Positions 42,403-53,405 of a stretch of 64,000 bases of DNA are shown here, one piece after another. The stretch covers positions 96,001 to 160,000 of the forward strand of contig CAWBYW010000004.1 of NCBI GenBank assembly GCA_963792965.1, read 5' to 3'. The position numbers and the translations under genes were made by a program. Each line of letters begins with the position of its first letter. The first letter of the stretch is position 1. This stretch comes from an uncultured delta proteobacterium (GTDB lineage: Bacteria; Desulfobacterota; Zymogenia; Zymogenales; Zymogenaceae). Under the pieces are notes generated by a model. The model had not been told where the DNA came from. It searched no databases and saw only the letters and a program-made list of their open reading frames with translations.

Positions 42403-42498
42403 GGAGGTCCGAAAGCCGGAAGCATGGGGCCTCCCGCACTTCGGAAGCCCCGGTATGGGACGGTCTGGGCCGCCGAGGGAGGACGTTGAGAGCACGGC

Positions 42499-43245
42499 AT
42501 GGATGAGAAAATATTCATTTTGATGGGCATCGTGTTGATCTCCTTCACCTCCCATACGCTCTCGGGTTTCGGCAGCATCATCATCGCCGTGACGCTCGGG
42601 TCCAATTTTTACCCCATCAAGACTCTCCTGCCCATACTGGTCCCACTCGACGTGGCGGTCAACAGCTACATCGTGACGCGGTACCACGCGACCGTTGACC
42701 GTCCCTTTCTCCTTAAGAATATTCTTCCGTACATGGCCGTGGGTTTCGTCGCGGGCGTCGCGCTGTTCAGCTTTCTCAACAGCACCGTCCTGAAGCTCAT
42801 GTTCGGCCTTTTTGTGGTTATCATATCGGCGCGTGAACTTTTCCTGGCCATGCGGCGGTCCGAGACAGGGCCGCTCTCGTCGCGGGTCCGGGCCGGATAC
42901 CTGATGCTCGGGGGGTTCATCCAGGGCATCTTCGCCTCGGGAGGGCCGCCGGTTGTCTACGCGGTGAGCCGCTCGATACGAGACAAGGCGGTCTTCCGAA
43001 GCACACTGTCGGCGCTCTGGCTGACGATCAACACTATTCTTATTATCACCTATGTGATAGCTCATCGGCTGACGAAGGAAACGATCACCTATTCCGGTTT
43101 GCTGTTGCCCGCAGTCCTGTTGGGGATTTTGATGGGTGAGCTTCTTCACCGTTACATAAACGAAGAGCATTTCAGGATCGTTATATTCTGCATCCTGATC
43201 GTCGCCGGATTTTCAATTCTGATTCCGTTTCTTTATACGTCGTGA
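42499..43245 (+). CDS. Sulfite exporter TauE/SafE family membrane protein
   Basis: SGFG, GGPP, FRSTL; about 8 TM. Confidence 0.85.
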   Translation: MDEKIFILMGIVLISFTSHTLSGFGSIIIAVTLGSNFYPIKTLLPILVPLDVAVNSYIVTRYHATVDRPFLLKNILPYMAVGFVAGVALFSFLNSTVLKLMFGLFVVIISARELFLAMRRSETGPLSSRVRAGYLMLGGFIQGIFASGGPPVVYAVSRSIRDKAVFRSTLSALWLTINTILIITYVIAHRLTKETITYSGLLLPAVLLGILMGELLHRYINEEHFRIVIFCILIVAGFSILIPFLYTS

Positions 43246-43365
43246 GCCGGGGTCGACACTCCCTCTCTCCTCCCCGATATATCGCGCCTGACCCGGCCCT
43301 TCTTCTCCCATGACGGCGGTGTGAGCGCCGGCCCGGTTGTATCGAGCTTATACAAGGAGGTGTGC

Positions 43366-44662
43366 ATGGAAAATCCCCCCGATTCGAGACAATTCACGGT
43401 GACGCGCCGCTATTCCTATTTCGTATTTACCGTCTTATTCCTCTTATTCGTCTTTGATTACGTCGACCGTCTCGTCGTCTCCTCGCTGTTTCCTTTCCTG
43501 AAGCGCGACTGGGGAGTATCGGATACGCAGTGCGGGCTCCTTGTGTCGGTCGTCTACTGGTCCGTCGTGGCTTTCGTCTTTCCCGCTTCGATACTCATCG
43601 ATCGGTGGAGCAGGAAGAAGAGCATCGGGGTCATGGCGGTGACCTGGAGCCTGGCGACCGCCGGATGCGCCTTTGCCCCCAACTTCGGCCGGCTCGTCTC
43701 TATGCGGACCGTCATCGGCATCGGCGAGGCGGGTTACGTCCCGGGGGGGTTGGCGATGATCTCCGCCTATTTCCCGGAGGGCAGGCGCTCCATTATGAAC
43801 GGCATCTTCAACGCGGCCATTCCGCTCGGGTCCGCCCTCGGAATCGCGCTGGGCGGCATCATCGCGGTCCACTTCGGCTGGCGCCACGCCTTCGGCCTCG
43901 TGGCGCTGCCCGGCCTGATCGTCGCGATCCTCGTGTTTTTCGTAAAGGACTATCGGACCGTTGACCTTGTGAGCGCACCCGCGCAATCGCGTGGCGACGC
44001 GCCCAAAGATAAGATGCATGTCCTGAAAATCGTGAAAGGATTCCTCCGCACGCCTTCGCTTGTCTGCACCTATCTCGGCTATACGGGCAACGTCTTCATC
44101 ACGACGGCGCTCCTCTCCTGGCTTCCTACCTATTACATCCGAACGGAGGGCATGGCGGTGGACAAGGCCAGCATGAAGGCGTCGGTCGATCATGCTCATG
44201 GCCGTCATCGGAGCGCCGCTGGGCGGCGTCATAACGGACCAGCTGAGAAAGCGGAGGCTCAATGCGCGGATGCTCTTTCCTTCCGTCACGTCGTTCACCG
44301 CAGCGTTCCTTTTCTTTGTCGCCTTCATGTTCTTTTCGGGCATCGCCCAGTACGCGATCCTGCTTTGTGCGGGGCTGATCGTGATCATGTTTGTCGCCGG
44401 GGCATCGGCCGTAACGCAGGACGTGGCACACCCGGGCCTGAGGGCGATGGCCTACAGCCTGGCCGTTTTAGTACAGAACCTGCTGGGGGCCTCTCTCGGG
44501 CCGCTGTTCGTGGGCGTGATCTCGGACCACTACGGCCTGCAAACGGGCATCCGACTCTTGCCGCTGGCCCCGCTCTTCTCGGGGATCGCCTTTCTGATCG
44601 GGTCGTTCTACTACGAGAGGGACCTGGCCAGGACGGAGCGGGTCGCGCTCGTCCACGAATAG
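43366..44662 (+). CDS. MFS transporter (spinster-like); frameshift near 44190
   Basis: DYVDR, IDRWSRK, GIGEAG, GWRHAF; AAGGAGG SD. Confidence 0.88.
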
Positions 44663-45477
44663 TCGATGATGGGTTCGGTTGTCCGGGGTGGGCGAGAAAA
44701 GATCGCGGCGGCGTGAAAGGGGAAGAGAATGATATAGAAGAGAAGGGAGTATTGGCTCTCCCTCTCTTCGATGGACGGCATTTCCTCGTAGATCCTCCCG
44801 TCGAGGATTCTCCCGGTCTTCTTCCGGTTTGTCCCTCCCCACTGTTTGAAGAAGAAGGCGACGCCCGCCTTTTTGCACTGATCCCGTATGTCGATGACCC
44901 ACTCCCTTTTCATGGGCCGGGCCTTCGGTCCCGACTCGCCGCCGAGCACGACCCAGTCTATGCCTGAAAGGGGCAGGGCGGGTATGGGGCCCAGAAGCGG
45001 CTCGACCGAGAGGAATTTGACGCGGGCCGGGGTCTTTATCAGGTTGGCGATGCGCCAGGTGTAGTCGGCGTTTTCAACCGTGACGCCCATCCAGACGTTT
45101 CTCGGCCAGGGGAGGAGCTCCGCAAGGTCACGCAGGCGCTCCGAGCGCTTCGTGAGAACCTGGAAGATGTGGTGATCGGCACGTTCCATGACCGAGAAGA
45201 CCTGCTGGATGAATTCCAGGGAAAATGCATCATGAAAGAGGTCACTCATCGAATTGACGAAGATCACGCGGGGCAGTTTCCATTTCAGGGGCATGGTCAG
45301 GAGGTCAGGGTGGGGCGTGGGAAGAAATCCGTTCACATATTTCGGCTGGCCCATCTCTTTAAGGCGTAGCGCCATCCGCTCGGCGTAGCAGTGGGCGCAG
45401 CCGGGGCTTGCCTTCGTGCACCCGGTGACCGGATTCCAGCTTACCCACGTCAGCCCGACCCTGGAGCCGCCCGCCAC
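44611..45477 (-). CDS. DUF5131 (phage Gp37/Gp68 family) three-Cys protein
   Basis: WNPVTGC..SPGCAHCYA, FVNSMSDLFH, LTKR, EPLLG, GGESG, FFFKQWGG; true C-terminus uncertain. Confidence 0.9.
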   Translation of the reverse strand: MAGGSRVGLTWVSWNPVTGCTKASPGCAHCYAERMALRLKEMGQPKYVNGFLPTPHPDLLTMPLKWKLPRVIFVNSMSDLFHDAFSLEFIQQVFSVMERADHHIFQVLTKRSERLRDLAELLPWPRNVWMGVTVENADYTWRIANLIKTPARVKFLSVEPLLGPIPALPLSGIDWVVLGGESGPKARPMKREWVIDIRDQCKKAGVAFFFKQWGGTNRKKTGRILDGRIYEEMPSIEERESQYSLLFYIILFPFHAAAIFSRPPRTTEPIIDYSWTSATRSVLARSLS

Positions 45478-45479
45478 GT

Positions 45480-46044
45480 CTATTTCCTCTCCTCAATCTT
45501 TGCCCCCGGCGGGGCGAAGCGCCGGATGGCCTCGATAGACTTCTTGATCGACGTCCCCATGTAGCGGCGGTCAAGCCACAGCGCATAGTTCGCGTAGTAT
45601 ATCCCCGCCGAGGTCGCCAGGCCCGCCGGTATCTCGGGCGACTCTTTGAATTTCACCTCAAGCCCCACCGCCGCGTCGGGGCTCGCCGAGAGCATCCGGT
45701 ACCCGAGCCCGTACGTCGCCTTCTCGAAATGCTTCCACTCAAAAAGTCGCTGCTCGTAACTCATCCCCGTCCCGAACGAAATCCCCTCGGCCGAGACGCG
45801 CATCATCACGGGGGGCCTCGCAGAGATAGGTCCCTTCTTTCCAGACGATCAGGCCGCCGACAACGACGAAGAAGAGCTTGAAGAAGAAGTAGAGGACCTC
45901 CTTGCCGGGGGGCGTGGTGTAGGTAAAGAGCCGCTTGAAGACGATGGCGTCAAGCCCCACGATAAGAAACGCGAGTCCGACGATAAAGAAGACGAACAGG
46001 CTCACGCGAAAGACTTTGACCTCGAAAACATCCTGATTTGCCAC
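45480..46044 (-). CDS. Hypothetical membrane protein (two TM plus soluble domain); frameshift near 45812
   Basis: GAGG SD and GTG start; two ORFs join. Confidence 0.6.
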
Positions 46045-46266
46045 GGCGTACCTCTCCCTTTTATGTAACGCGGACACTATACCACAAAGTTGTCGAGCGC
46101 TCAAGAAATCGCATCAGGCGACGGCCGCAGGGCGTCGGCCGTATGGTTAGTGGTTGAAAAAGAAGCCGTTATCTGATACAGTGTAACAACCACCGATCGG
46201 GGTAATGGTCCGTGAGAAAACGGATAGCGCATACGAACTCGTATCAAGAATAGGGAGGTTTATTAC

Positions 46267-46479
46267 ATGACTGAAGAGAGAGTGGCGAGGGTTACCGAGG
46301 TCATCTGCGGTTCGACCATCGGCTTCGACGACGCGATCAAGAAAGGGATCAAGCGGGCCAGCAAGACCCTCAGGAACATCGTCGGGGTAAAGGTCAAGGA
46401 GTTTCGGATTCACGTCGAGGCCAACGAGATCGAGGAATACCGGGTCAACATGGACATCATCTTCCTGCTGGAAGAGTAG
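46267..46479 (+). CDS. Dodecin family protein
   Basis: FDDAI..GI.RASKTLRN, YRVN...F; GGAGG SD. Confidence 0.88.
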   Translation: MTEERVARVTEVICGSTIGFDDAIKKGIKRASKTLRNIVGVKVKEFRIHVEANEIEEYRVNMDIIFLLEE

Positions 46480-46494
46480 GAGACGGCGAACGCG

Positions 46495-46526
46495 AAAGCC
46501 GCCCGGCACGGGCGGCTTTGTCTTTT
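46495..46526. terminator. Intrinsic terminator between convergent genes
   Basis: AAAGCCGCCCG-GCA-CGGGCGGCTTT then GTCTTTT. Confidence 0.75.
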
Positions 46527-46527
46527 C

Positions 46528-47313
46528 TTACGCGCGGGAGGGCGTCGCTTTCACTTCATTTTTGCCTTTCCCCTTGATGACCCCGACGAGCCGCTCCGGG
46601 TAGTTGGAGATGATCCCCGTGACCCCGATGGCGGCCATCCTGGCCATCTGGTCCTCACTATCCACCGTCCAGACGTTGACGAAGAGGCCGGCGCGCGTTG
46701 CGGCCGCCACGAGGTCTTCCGTGACGAGGCTGTACTCCGGATGCAGGCCGTCGGCCATCGCAAGCCGTGCGGGACCGATTTGGTCGATGAGGCCGCCGCT
46801 GTAGAGGATCGCCGCGACGATGTCGGGCGCGATCTCCTTGACGCGCCGTATCGCGGCGTGGTCAAAGGAGGAGATGAGGACCCGGTCGGCCGTCTTTGTG
46901 TCCCTGAGCACGGAGATGAGCTTCTTCTCGATGCCGTCGTACCTTCGGGGACCGTTCTTGATCTCGATGTTGAGGCCGATTCCCTTATCTCTCGTCAATT
47001 CGATGAACTCCTCAAGGGTGAGGATCACCTCATCGGCAAACCCCGTCCCCATCCATGAGCCGAAGTCAAGCTTCCTGAGCTGGGCGAGCGTATAGCTGTA
47101 GACCTCACCCTTCCCGTTGCTCGTGTTGTCGATGACCTGATCGTGGATGATCACGAGATGGCCGTCCCGGGTCATGTTGACGTCGGTCTCGATCATATCG
47201 ATGTCGTAGGTCAGCGCCGACAGGAAGGCTGACCTCGTGTTCTGGGGCCGCTTCATCGGATCGCCCCGGTGGGCGATGGCAAGGGGCCCTCTTTTCAGAA
47301 GTTCTCGTATCAT
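46528..47313 (-). CDS. Glycerophosphodiester phosphodiesterase
   Basis: IAHRG, ETDV..TRDG..IHD, NIEIK, SSFD, WTVD. Confidence 0.92.
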   Translation of the reverse strand: MIRELLKRGPLAIAHRGDPMKRPQNTRSAFLSALTYDIDMIETDVNMTRDGHLVIIHDQVIDNTSNGKGEVYSYTLAQLRKLDFGSWMGTGFADEVILTLEEFIELTRDKGIGLNIEIKNGPRRYDGIEKKLISVLRDTKTADRVLISSFDHAAIRRVKEIAPDIVAAILYSGGLIDQIGPARLAMADGLHPEYSLVTEDLVAAATRAGLFVNVWTVDSEDQMARMAAIGVTGIISNYPERLVGVIKGKGKNEVKATPSRA

Positions 47314-47325
47314 CTCATTGTCTCT

Positions 47326-48145
47326 CTACATATATGAATGGAGTCCGGAAAGGATGAAATTTACCCCCAGGAAGGTGAAGATGACGGCTAAAAAACCGAC
47401 GATAGACAAGACGGCGCTCTTCTTCCCCTTCCAGCCCCGGATGAGGCGGGCGTGGAGGAAGAGCGCGTAGATAATCCAGGTGATGAGCGACCAGGTCTCC
47501 TTGGGGTCCCACGACCAGTACGATCCCCAGGCGAAATGGGCCCAGAAGGCGCCCGTGATGATCCCGATGGTGAGGAGCGGCATTCCGGCCAGGACTCCCC
47601 GGTAGATCATCTCGTCAAGCGTCGCTTTTGGGGGCAGGACGCTCTTTCTTGCGTCGCTTCTGGTAAGAAACAAGATGGCCGAGACAAACGAAAAGGCAAA
47701 GGCGGCGTAGGACAGAAAGCAGGTCATCACGTGGACGACAAGCCAGTTGCTCTTGAGGGCCGGTATCAAGGGCCTGATGGATCGGTCTACCTCCGGCGAG
47801 AGTGAGGCGTAGGCGAGCGCCAGCAGCGCAAGGGGCGTCATGAAGACGCCTAAGAACGTATAGCCCGAAGACGAACCTGAGGATGAGATAGACCAGCACA
47901 AGGACCAGTGAAAAGAATATGAGGGACTCGTAGAAGTTGGTCAGCGGCATATGGCCGAAACCGAGCCGGTAACTCTCGATAGTGCGCAGGATCAACGCCA
48001 CCAGGTGAATGATAAAGGCGGCGATCACGACGGTGTCGCCGAGCCTGCTCAGATATTCTTTTTTGAGCATCCAGTGGAGGATGAACAAGATGAAGGCGGC
48101 GCCGTAGGCGAAGGTGACGAAGCTTAGGATGACGGAACTCAGCAT
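47326..48145 (-). CDS. ccsA: System II cytochrome c synthase, WWD subunit (CcsA/ResC); frameshift near 47870
   Basis: [42 protein letters not shown]. Confidence 0.93.
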
Positions 48146-49458
48146 AGTTTTTCCCTTATGTCCTGGACTCTCTTTTCGAATTTTTCCTCAAATCCTCCGG
48201 CAAACCTTCCCGGCAGGGCGGATACTTTCACCTCGATTCTATCCTCTCGGCCCGTGACGTCTATCCTGAGGCTTCCCATCGACCTGGCGACGGGAAACAG
48301 GAACCCAACGCACATGATGATAAAGCCGACGAAGACCAGCGGCACTCCCGGCTCCCTGACCACCGTGATGCCGGAGTAGGGGACCTCATGGTAGTCTTTC
48401 AGCGCGAAGACATAGTCGCCGCCCCTTCTCTTGTCAAAATCCGGGTAGTTGACGAAGGTCCACAGGTCGTATTTTTCTTTTCCATCCCCTACCGCCAGAT
48501 GCACCGCGGGGCCCAGGTCCATGAAATCGAGGGAAGATTCTACGATGGTAAACGATAGGCCGCGGCCGGGGACGGAGACCTTTTCCGACCAGCGGGCGTC
48601 TCCGACAAAGATCGATTTTCCGCTCTTGTCGAGGATCTCGATGGTGGCGTAGTCCATCTCCATACCGAAGCTCGTCTGGTAGAATCGGATCCCGCGGTGT
48701 TCGGCAGGGTGGTTCACCAGGAGCGTTGCCGGGGCCTCGATGTTCCCGTCGATAAAGGTGACGTCGCTCCGGTATTCCTTGGGGGTGCCGTCCGGGTAGC
48801 GCTCAAACGTAAATTTATCGAGCCTGACGGAGAAGTCGAGAGTTCTCATGAGAACCTGTTTGATGATCACCTGCCGTGATTGGTCCCCCTGGATGATAAA
48901 CATATCGCCCGAAAACCCAAAGAGAAACGAGATGAGCCCGCCGACGAGAATCATGAGGATGCTGATATGTACGATGATGGGCCCGAGCCCGAGGATCGGA
49001 TGAGGGATGGAGGTGATGGTCGTCGTTTCTCCCGCTTTGCCGATAACCGTCCGGCACAGCGGCCGCCTGAGGGCGGCGTGCGCGATCTTCGTTGTCTCGT
49101 CCTTCCCGTGCCTTGATGTGAGGGTCTCACAGAAGGGGTAGCGAGACGTTCCTCCCGTCCCCCGAGAAGAGAGCGCCCGTATTCTTTTCGGGAGGAGATC
49201 GAGGGTGCAGAGGGTGATGTTGGCCACGAGCAGCATCAACAACGCGTTGAAGTAGGTGCTGTGATAGATATCGGTGACCGCCAACAGCTTGAGGACCCGG
49301 TAGGCGGTGTGGCCGAAGCGGAGGACATATTCCTCGGGAGGGCTGTTCTGGCCGACGAACGTCCCGATCGCCGCGACGACGATGGTCGCGATCAGGATCA
49401 CGAAAGTAAACCGGACCGATGAGAGGTAGTCGACGATGTCCTGGAGGAGTTTTTTCAT
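48139..49458 (-). CDS. resB: Cytochrome c biogenesis protein ResB/CcsB
   Basis: SSVR..GT..Q, DIYHS, IVHIS, VNHP, FYQTSF, EPG. Confidence 0.9.
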   Translation of the reverse strand: MKKLLQDIVDYLSSVRFTFVILIATIVVAAIGTFVGQNSPPEEYVLRFGHTAYRVLKLLAVTDIYHSTYFNALLMLLVANITLCTLDLLPKRIRALSSRGTGGTSRYPFCETLTSRHGKDETTKIAHAALRRPLCRTVIGKAGETTTITSIPHPILGLGPIIVHISILMILVGGLISFLFGFSGDMFIIQGDQSRQVIIKQVLMRTLDFSVRLDKFTFERYPDGTPKEYRSDVTFIDGNIEAPATLLVNHPAEHRGIRFYQTSFGMEMDYATIEILDKSGKSIFVGDARWSEKVSVPGRGLSFTIVESSLDFMDLGPAVHLAVGDGKEKYDLWTFVNYPDFDKRRGGDYVFALKDYHEVPYSGITVVREPGVPLVFVGFIIMCVGFLFPVARSMGSLRIDVTGREDRIEVKVSALPGRFAGGFEEKFEKRVQDIREKLC

Positions 49459-49463
49459 GGCTC

Positions 49464-49904
49464 TTACTTTTCGGGTGTGTGGCACGAGTCGCAGGAAAGG
49501 GAAACGCGGTTGTCTCCCTTCTCGATCTCGTCCTTATGGCAGGCGATGCAGAGTTTATGAAATGCCACGATATCGGCGGGAACGCCCGATTCTTCCGCAG
49601 CCTTGTGACAGACGGAGCATTTTCCCGGCGTTTGATCCCACGCGGTGGTATGGTGGCAGAAGGCGCACGAGGGTTTTTGAGAGCCGGTGGCGCCGTGGTC
49701 CTTGTGGGTAAAGGTGACCGTGCCGGCGGTGCGGTTGTATTCGGTGAGCGTGATCGTATCCGGCTGGGCGATCTTCTCGGCCGCCGTTGATGCAGCGATC
49801 CCCGCGATGAAGAGCGTGATCACAAAGGCCGTATATCGCACAGCAGCCCGCTTTCGATTTTTCGGATCGGCCCAATTTTGTCGGCCGTTGTCGCGATCCG
49901 TCAC
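49464..49904 (-). CDS. Tetraheme class III cytochrome c (c3 family)
   Basis: Signal segment, VTFTHKDH, and four CxxCH motifs (CAFCH, CSVCH, CIACH, CDSCH). Confidence 0.9.
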   Translation of the reverse strand: MTDRDNGRQNWADPKNRKRAAVRYTAFVITLFIAGIAASTAAEKIAQPDTITLTEYNRTAGTVTFTHKDHGATGSQKPSCAFCHHTTAWDQTPGKCSVCHKAAEESGVPADIVAFHKLCIACHKDEIEKGDNRVSLSCDSCHTPEK

Positions 49905-50395
49905 TTTCCGAATTCCCTGTCGGCCTTCTTGACCTCTTCGACCATCAGAAGCCGTGATTCCTTCAGGCGACCGTAAAGCTGATCGTCTCCGGCCGCGAGG
50001 ATCTCGACGGCTAGAATCGCCGCGTTCCGTGCGCCGGCAGTGCCGATCCCGACCGTCGCCACCGGGACGCCGGGGGGCATCTGGACCGTGGAGAGGAGGG
50101 AGTCGATGCCCGACAGGGAAGACGAGGCGATGGGAACGCCGATGACCGGCACGAGCGTCTGTGAGGCGATGACGCCTGCCAGGTGCGCCGCATAGCCCGC
50201 CCCGGCGATGATGACGCCGATCCCCTTATCCCTGGCCGTTTTTGCGATCTCCGTCACCACGTCGGGGGTCCGGTGGGCGGACGCCACGCGCAGCCGGACC
50301 TCGATACCGAACGATTCGAGGGTCTCCTGTGCCGGTTTCATCACCTCGATGTCCGATTTGCTCCCCACGACGACAAGGACCTTATGTGGTGCCAT
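49901..50395 (-). CDS. purE: N5-CAIR mutase PurE
   Basis: GSKSD, SAHRTP, AGYAAHLAG, QMPPGVPVATV. Confidence 0.96.
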   Translation of the reverse strand: MAPHKVLVVVGSKSDIEVMKPAQETLESFGIEVRLRVASAHRTPDVVTEIAKTARDKGIGVIIAGAGYAAHLAGVIASQTLVPVIGVPIASSSLSGIDSLLSTVQMPPGVPVATVGIGTAGARNAAILAVEILAAGDDQLYGRLKESRLLMVEEVKKADREFGK

Positions 50396-51660
50396 ATCTC
50401 AGCCCCTTTGCGCCGATATCCCTGCGATAGTACGCGCCGTCCCACGTGATCTTTTCCACTGCCCGATAAGCCTGCCGGATGGCGGCGCCGAGATCGTCTC
50501 CGAGGGCGGTGACGCCGAGGACCCGCCCGCCGGCGGTGAGGAGCCTGTCGCCGTCGCGCTTCGTCCCCGCATGGAAGACCACCACGTCGCTCAGCCTCTC
50601 GGCCTGGCCGATCCCCGTGATCGGCTTCCCCTTTTCATAACTGCCGGGGTAGCCCCCGGACGCCATGACGACGCAGACGGCCGGTCGCTCGTCCCACGCG
50701 AGCGTCGCCTCCGAAAGCTTACCTTCTACCGCCTTGATCAGGACCTCCGATAGGTTTCCCTTCATCCGCATGACGAGCGGCTGGGCCTCGGGGTCCCCGA
50801 AGCGCGCGTTGAATTCGAGCACCTTGGGGACACCGTCCTTGATCATGAGGCCGGCATAGAGGATGCCGACGTACGGGTGTCCCTCTTTTCCATGGCGCGG
50901 ACCGTCGGGATCATGATCCGGTCCATGACGCGGGAGAAGAGGGCATCGGTGACCACCGGGGCGGGCGAGTAGGCGCCCATCCCTCCGGTGTTGGGTCCCC
51001 TGTCGCCGTCAAGAATCGCCTTGTGGTCCTGGGAGGTGGCCAGCGGCACGACGGTCTTTCCGTCGGAAAAGGCGAGGAAGGACGCCTCCTCGCCGGTCAG
51101 AGAACTCCTCGACGACAACCCTGTTCCCGGCGTCTGCCGAATTCCTGCTTCACCATGATCAGATCGACGGCCGAGGTCGCCTCGGCGACGGTGCTGCAGA
51201 GGATGACCCCCTTTCCCGCCGCCAGTCCGTCGGCCTTGACGACGATCGGGGCGCCGCTGTGCTCGATATACTTGCGCGCGGCTTCCGGATCAGTGAACTC
51301 GGCGAATTCCCCGGTGGGGATATCGTACTTTTTCATGAGGTTTTTCGAGAACGATTTCGACCCCTCTATCCGGGCGGCGGCCTTCGACGGCCCGAAAACG
51401 GTAAGGCCCTCTTTCTTGAAGAGGTCCGTGATGCCGGAGACAAGGGCCGCCTCGGGCCCGACCACCGTCAGGTCGATCTTTTCCTTCACGGCCAAATCGC
51501 GCAGGGCGCCTATGTCCTCGGCGGATATCGGGACGTTTGTGGCTACGTCCGCCGTGCCGCCGTTGCCGGGGGCGCAGTAGACCGTAACCCCTTTTTCCCG
51601 GGCCAGCTTCCATGTCAGGGCGTGTTCGCGGCCTCCGCCGCCGACGATGAGTATTTTCAT
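50382..51660 (-). CDS. purD: Phosphoribosylamine--glycine ligase; two frameshifts (near 51120 and 50885)
   Basis: [40 protein letters not shown]. Confidence 0.96.
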
Positions 51661-51745
51661 CCGAGCCTCACGATACGACGTTCAGTGAAGGAAAAGAGCG
51701 CGCCTGACGAGGGGAGGACTATCTTCACGGTCGGCCTCAATGAGC

Positions 51746-53309
51746 TCAGTGTCTGAAATGGCGTCTTCCCGGTAAAGACCATGGCGATATCGTGAAGATC
51801 CGCCGTTTTGATCGCGTCTTCGTCCTTGATGCTCCCCCCGGGCTGGGCGATGGCGGTGACGCCGGCGGCCGCGGCCGCCTCGATGCCGTCGGGTTGGGGG
51901 AAGAAGGCATCCGAGGCCAGGACGCACCCCTCGGTCGGAAATTGCGCCTTCATCTTTGCGATGTTCACCGAGTCGACCCGGCTCATCTGGCCCGCGCCGA
52001 CGCCGACGAGCATATTTTCCGTCGCAAACACGATGGCGTTTGATTTGATATGCTTGACGACCTTCCATGCAAAGGTGAGGGCATCCATCTCCTTCTTGGT
52101 GGGTGGGCGCTTCGTCACTACCTTTGCTTCTCCAAGCGACATATCGACGGCGTCCCAGTCCTGCACGAGAAGCCCGCCGTGTACGCGCCGGAGATTATAT
52201 GACGCCCCGTCGCCGGGGCTCCCCATAGGGACGATGATGAGCCTGAGGTTCTTCTTCGCCGCCAGGATATCCAGCGCCCCCGGCGTAAAGCCGGGCGCGA
52301 CGATCACCTCCAGGAAGGTTTCGGCAAGGCTGTCGGCCGTGTCCTGATCGATCTCGCGGTTTAACGCGACGATGCCGCCGAAGGCCGAGATCGGATCGGT
52401 CCGGCGCGCCATCTTGTAGGTCTCGGCCAGCGTTTTACCGCCGACGGCCACCCCGCAGGGATTGGCGTGCTTGATGATCGCCGCCGCCGGCTCACTGAAT
52501 TCCCGCACCACGTCGATGGCGGCGTCCGTGTCCATGATGTTGTTGTATGAGAGCTCCTTTCCCTGGAGAACCCGGGCATGGGGAAGCGTGTTCGGATACT
52601 CGGCGGAGTCCCGATAGAAGGCGGCTCGCTGATGGGGGTTTTCGCCGTACCTGAGACCGTACAGCTTTCTGAACTGAAGGGTCAGGCTCTCGGGGAAACG
52701 CGCGCGCTCATCGTTCTCGTCCAGCGACGTCAGATAGTTCGAAATGGCCGCGTCGTAGGCCGCCGTCCGCACGAAGACCTTCTTGGCGAGGGAAAAGTTC
52801 GTTTCCTCGCTCACCTCTCCCTTGCTTTTTTCCATCTCCCTGATGATGACGCGATAATCGGAGGGGTCGACGATCACCGTCACGTATTTGTAGTTCTTCG
52901 CGGCGGCACGGATCATCGTCGGGCCGCCGATGTCGATATTTTCTATCGCCTGGGCCAATGTCACATCCGGCCTCGCTATCGTCTCTTCAAAGGGGTAGAG
53001 ATTTACCACCACCAGATCTATGGGCGTGATACCGTACTCGGCCATCTTCTTGACGTGCTCGGGGTTATCCCGAACCGCCAGCAGGCCGCCGTGCACCTTG
53101 GGGTGAAGGGTTTTCAGCCTTCCGTCCATCATCTCCGGGAAACCGGTATATTCGGATATATCGGTAACGGCGAGGCCCCCCTCGGCCAGGAGCTTTTTTG
53201 TTCCTCCGGTGGAGATAAACGAAACGCCCATCGATGCCAGCTTCTTGGAAAATTCGAGAACTCCGGCTTTATCCGATACGCTGATAAGAGCCGTCTTGAT
53301 CTTCCCCAT
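51746..53309 (-). CDS. purH: Bifunctional AICAR transformylase/IMP cyclohydrolase; frameshift in the last codons
   Basis: ALISVSDK, GRLKTLHP, IDIGGP, RYGENPHQ, GAGQMSRVDS; RHFRH-stop recovered in the shifted frame. Confidence 0.96.
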
Positions 53310-53405
53310 AGAGAAACCTCCGTATCCGTCTCAGCTAAGTGTAGTCATGTCCAATAATGGGAAAGCAGCGTGAAACTCCACTACAGGACGAAATCGATTA
53401 TTGGC

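Noticed and set aside
44611-45477. Prophage suggested by the Gp37/Gp68 family gene
   Set aside because: No structural, integrase or replication phage genes anywhere in the window
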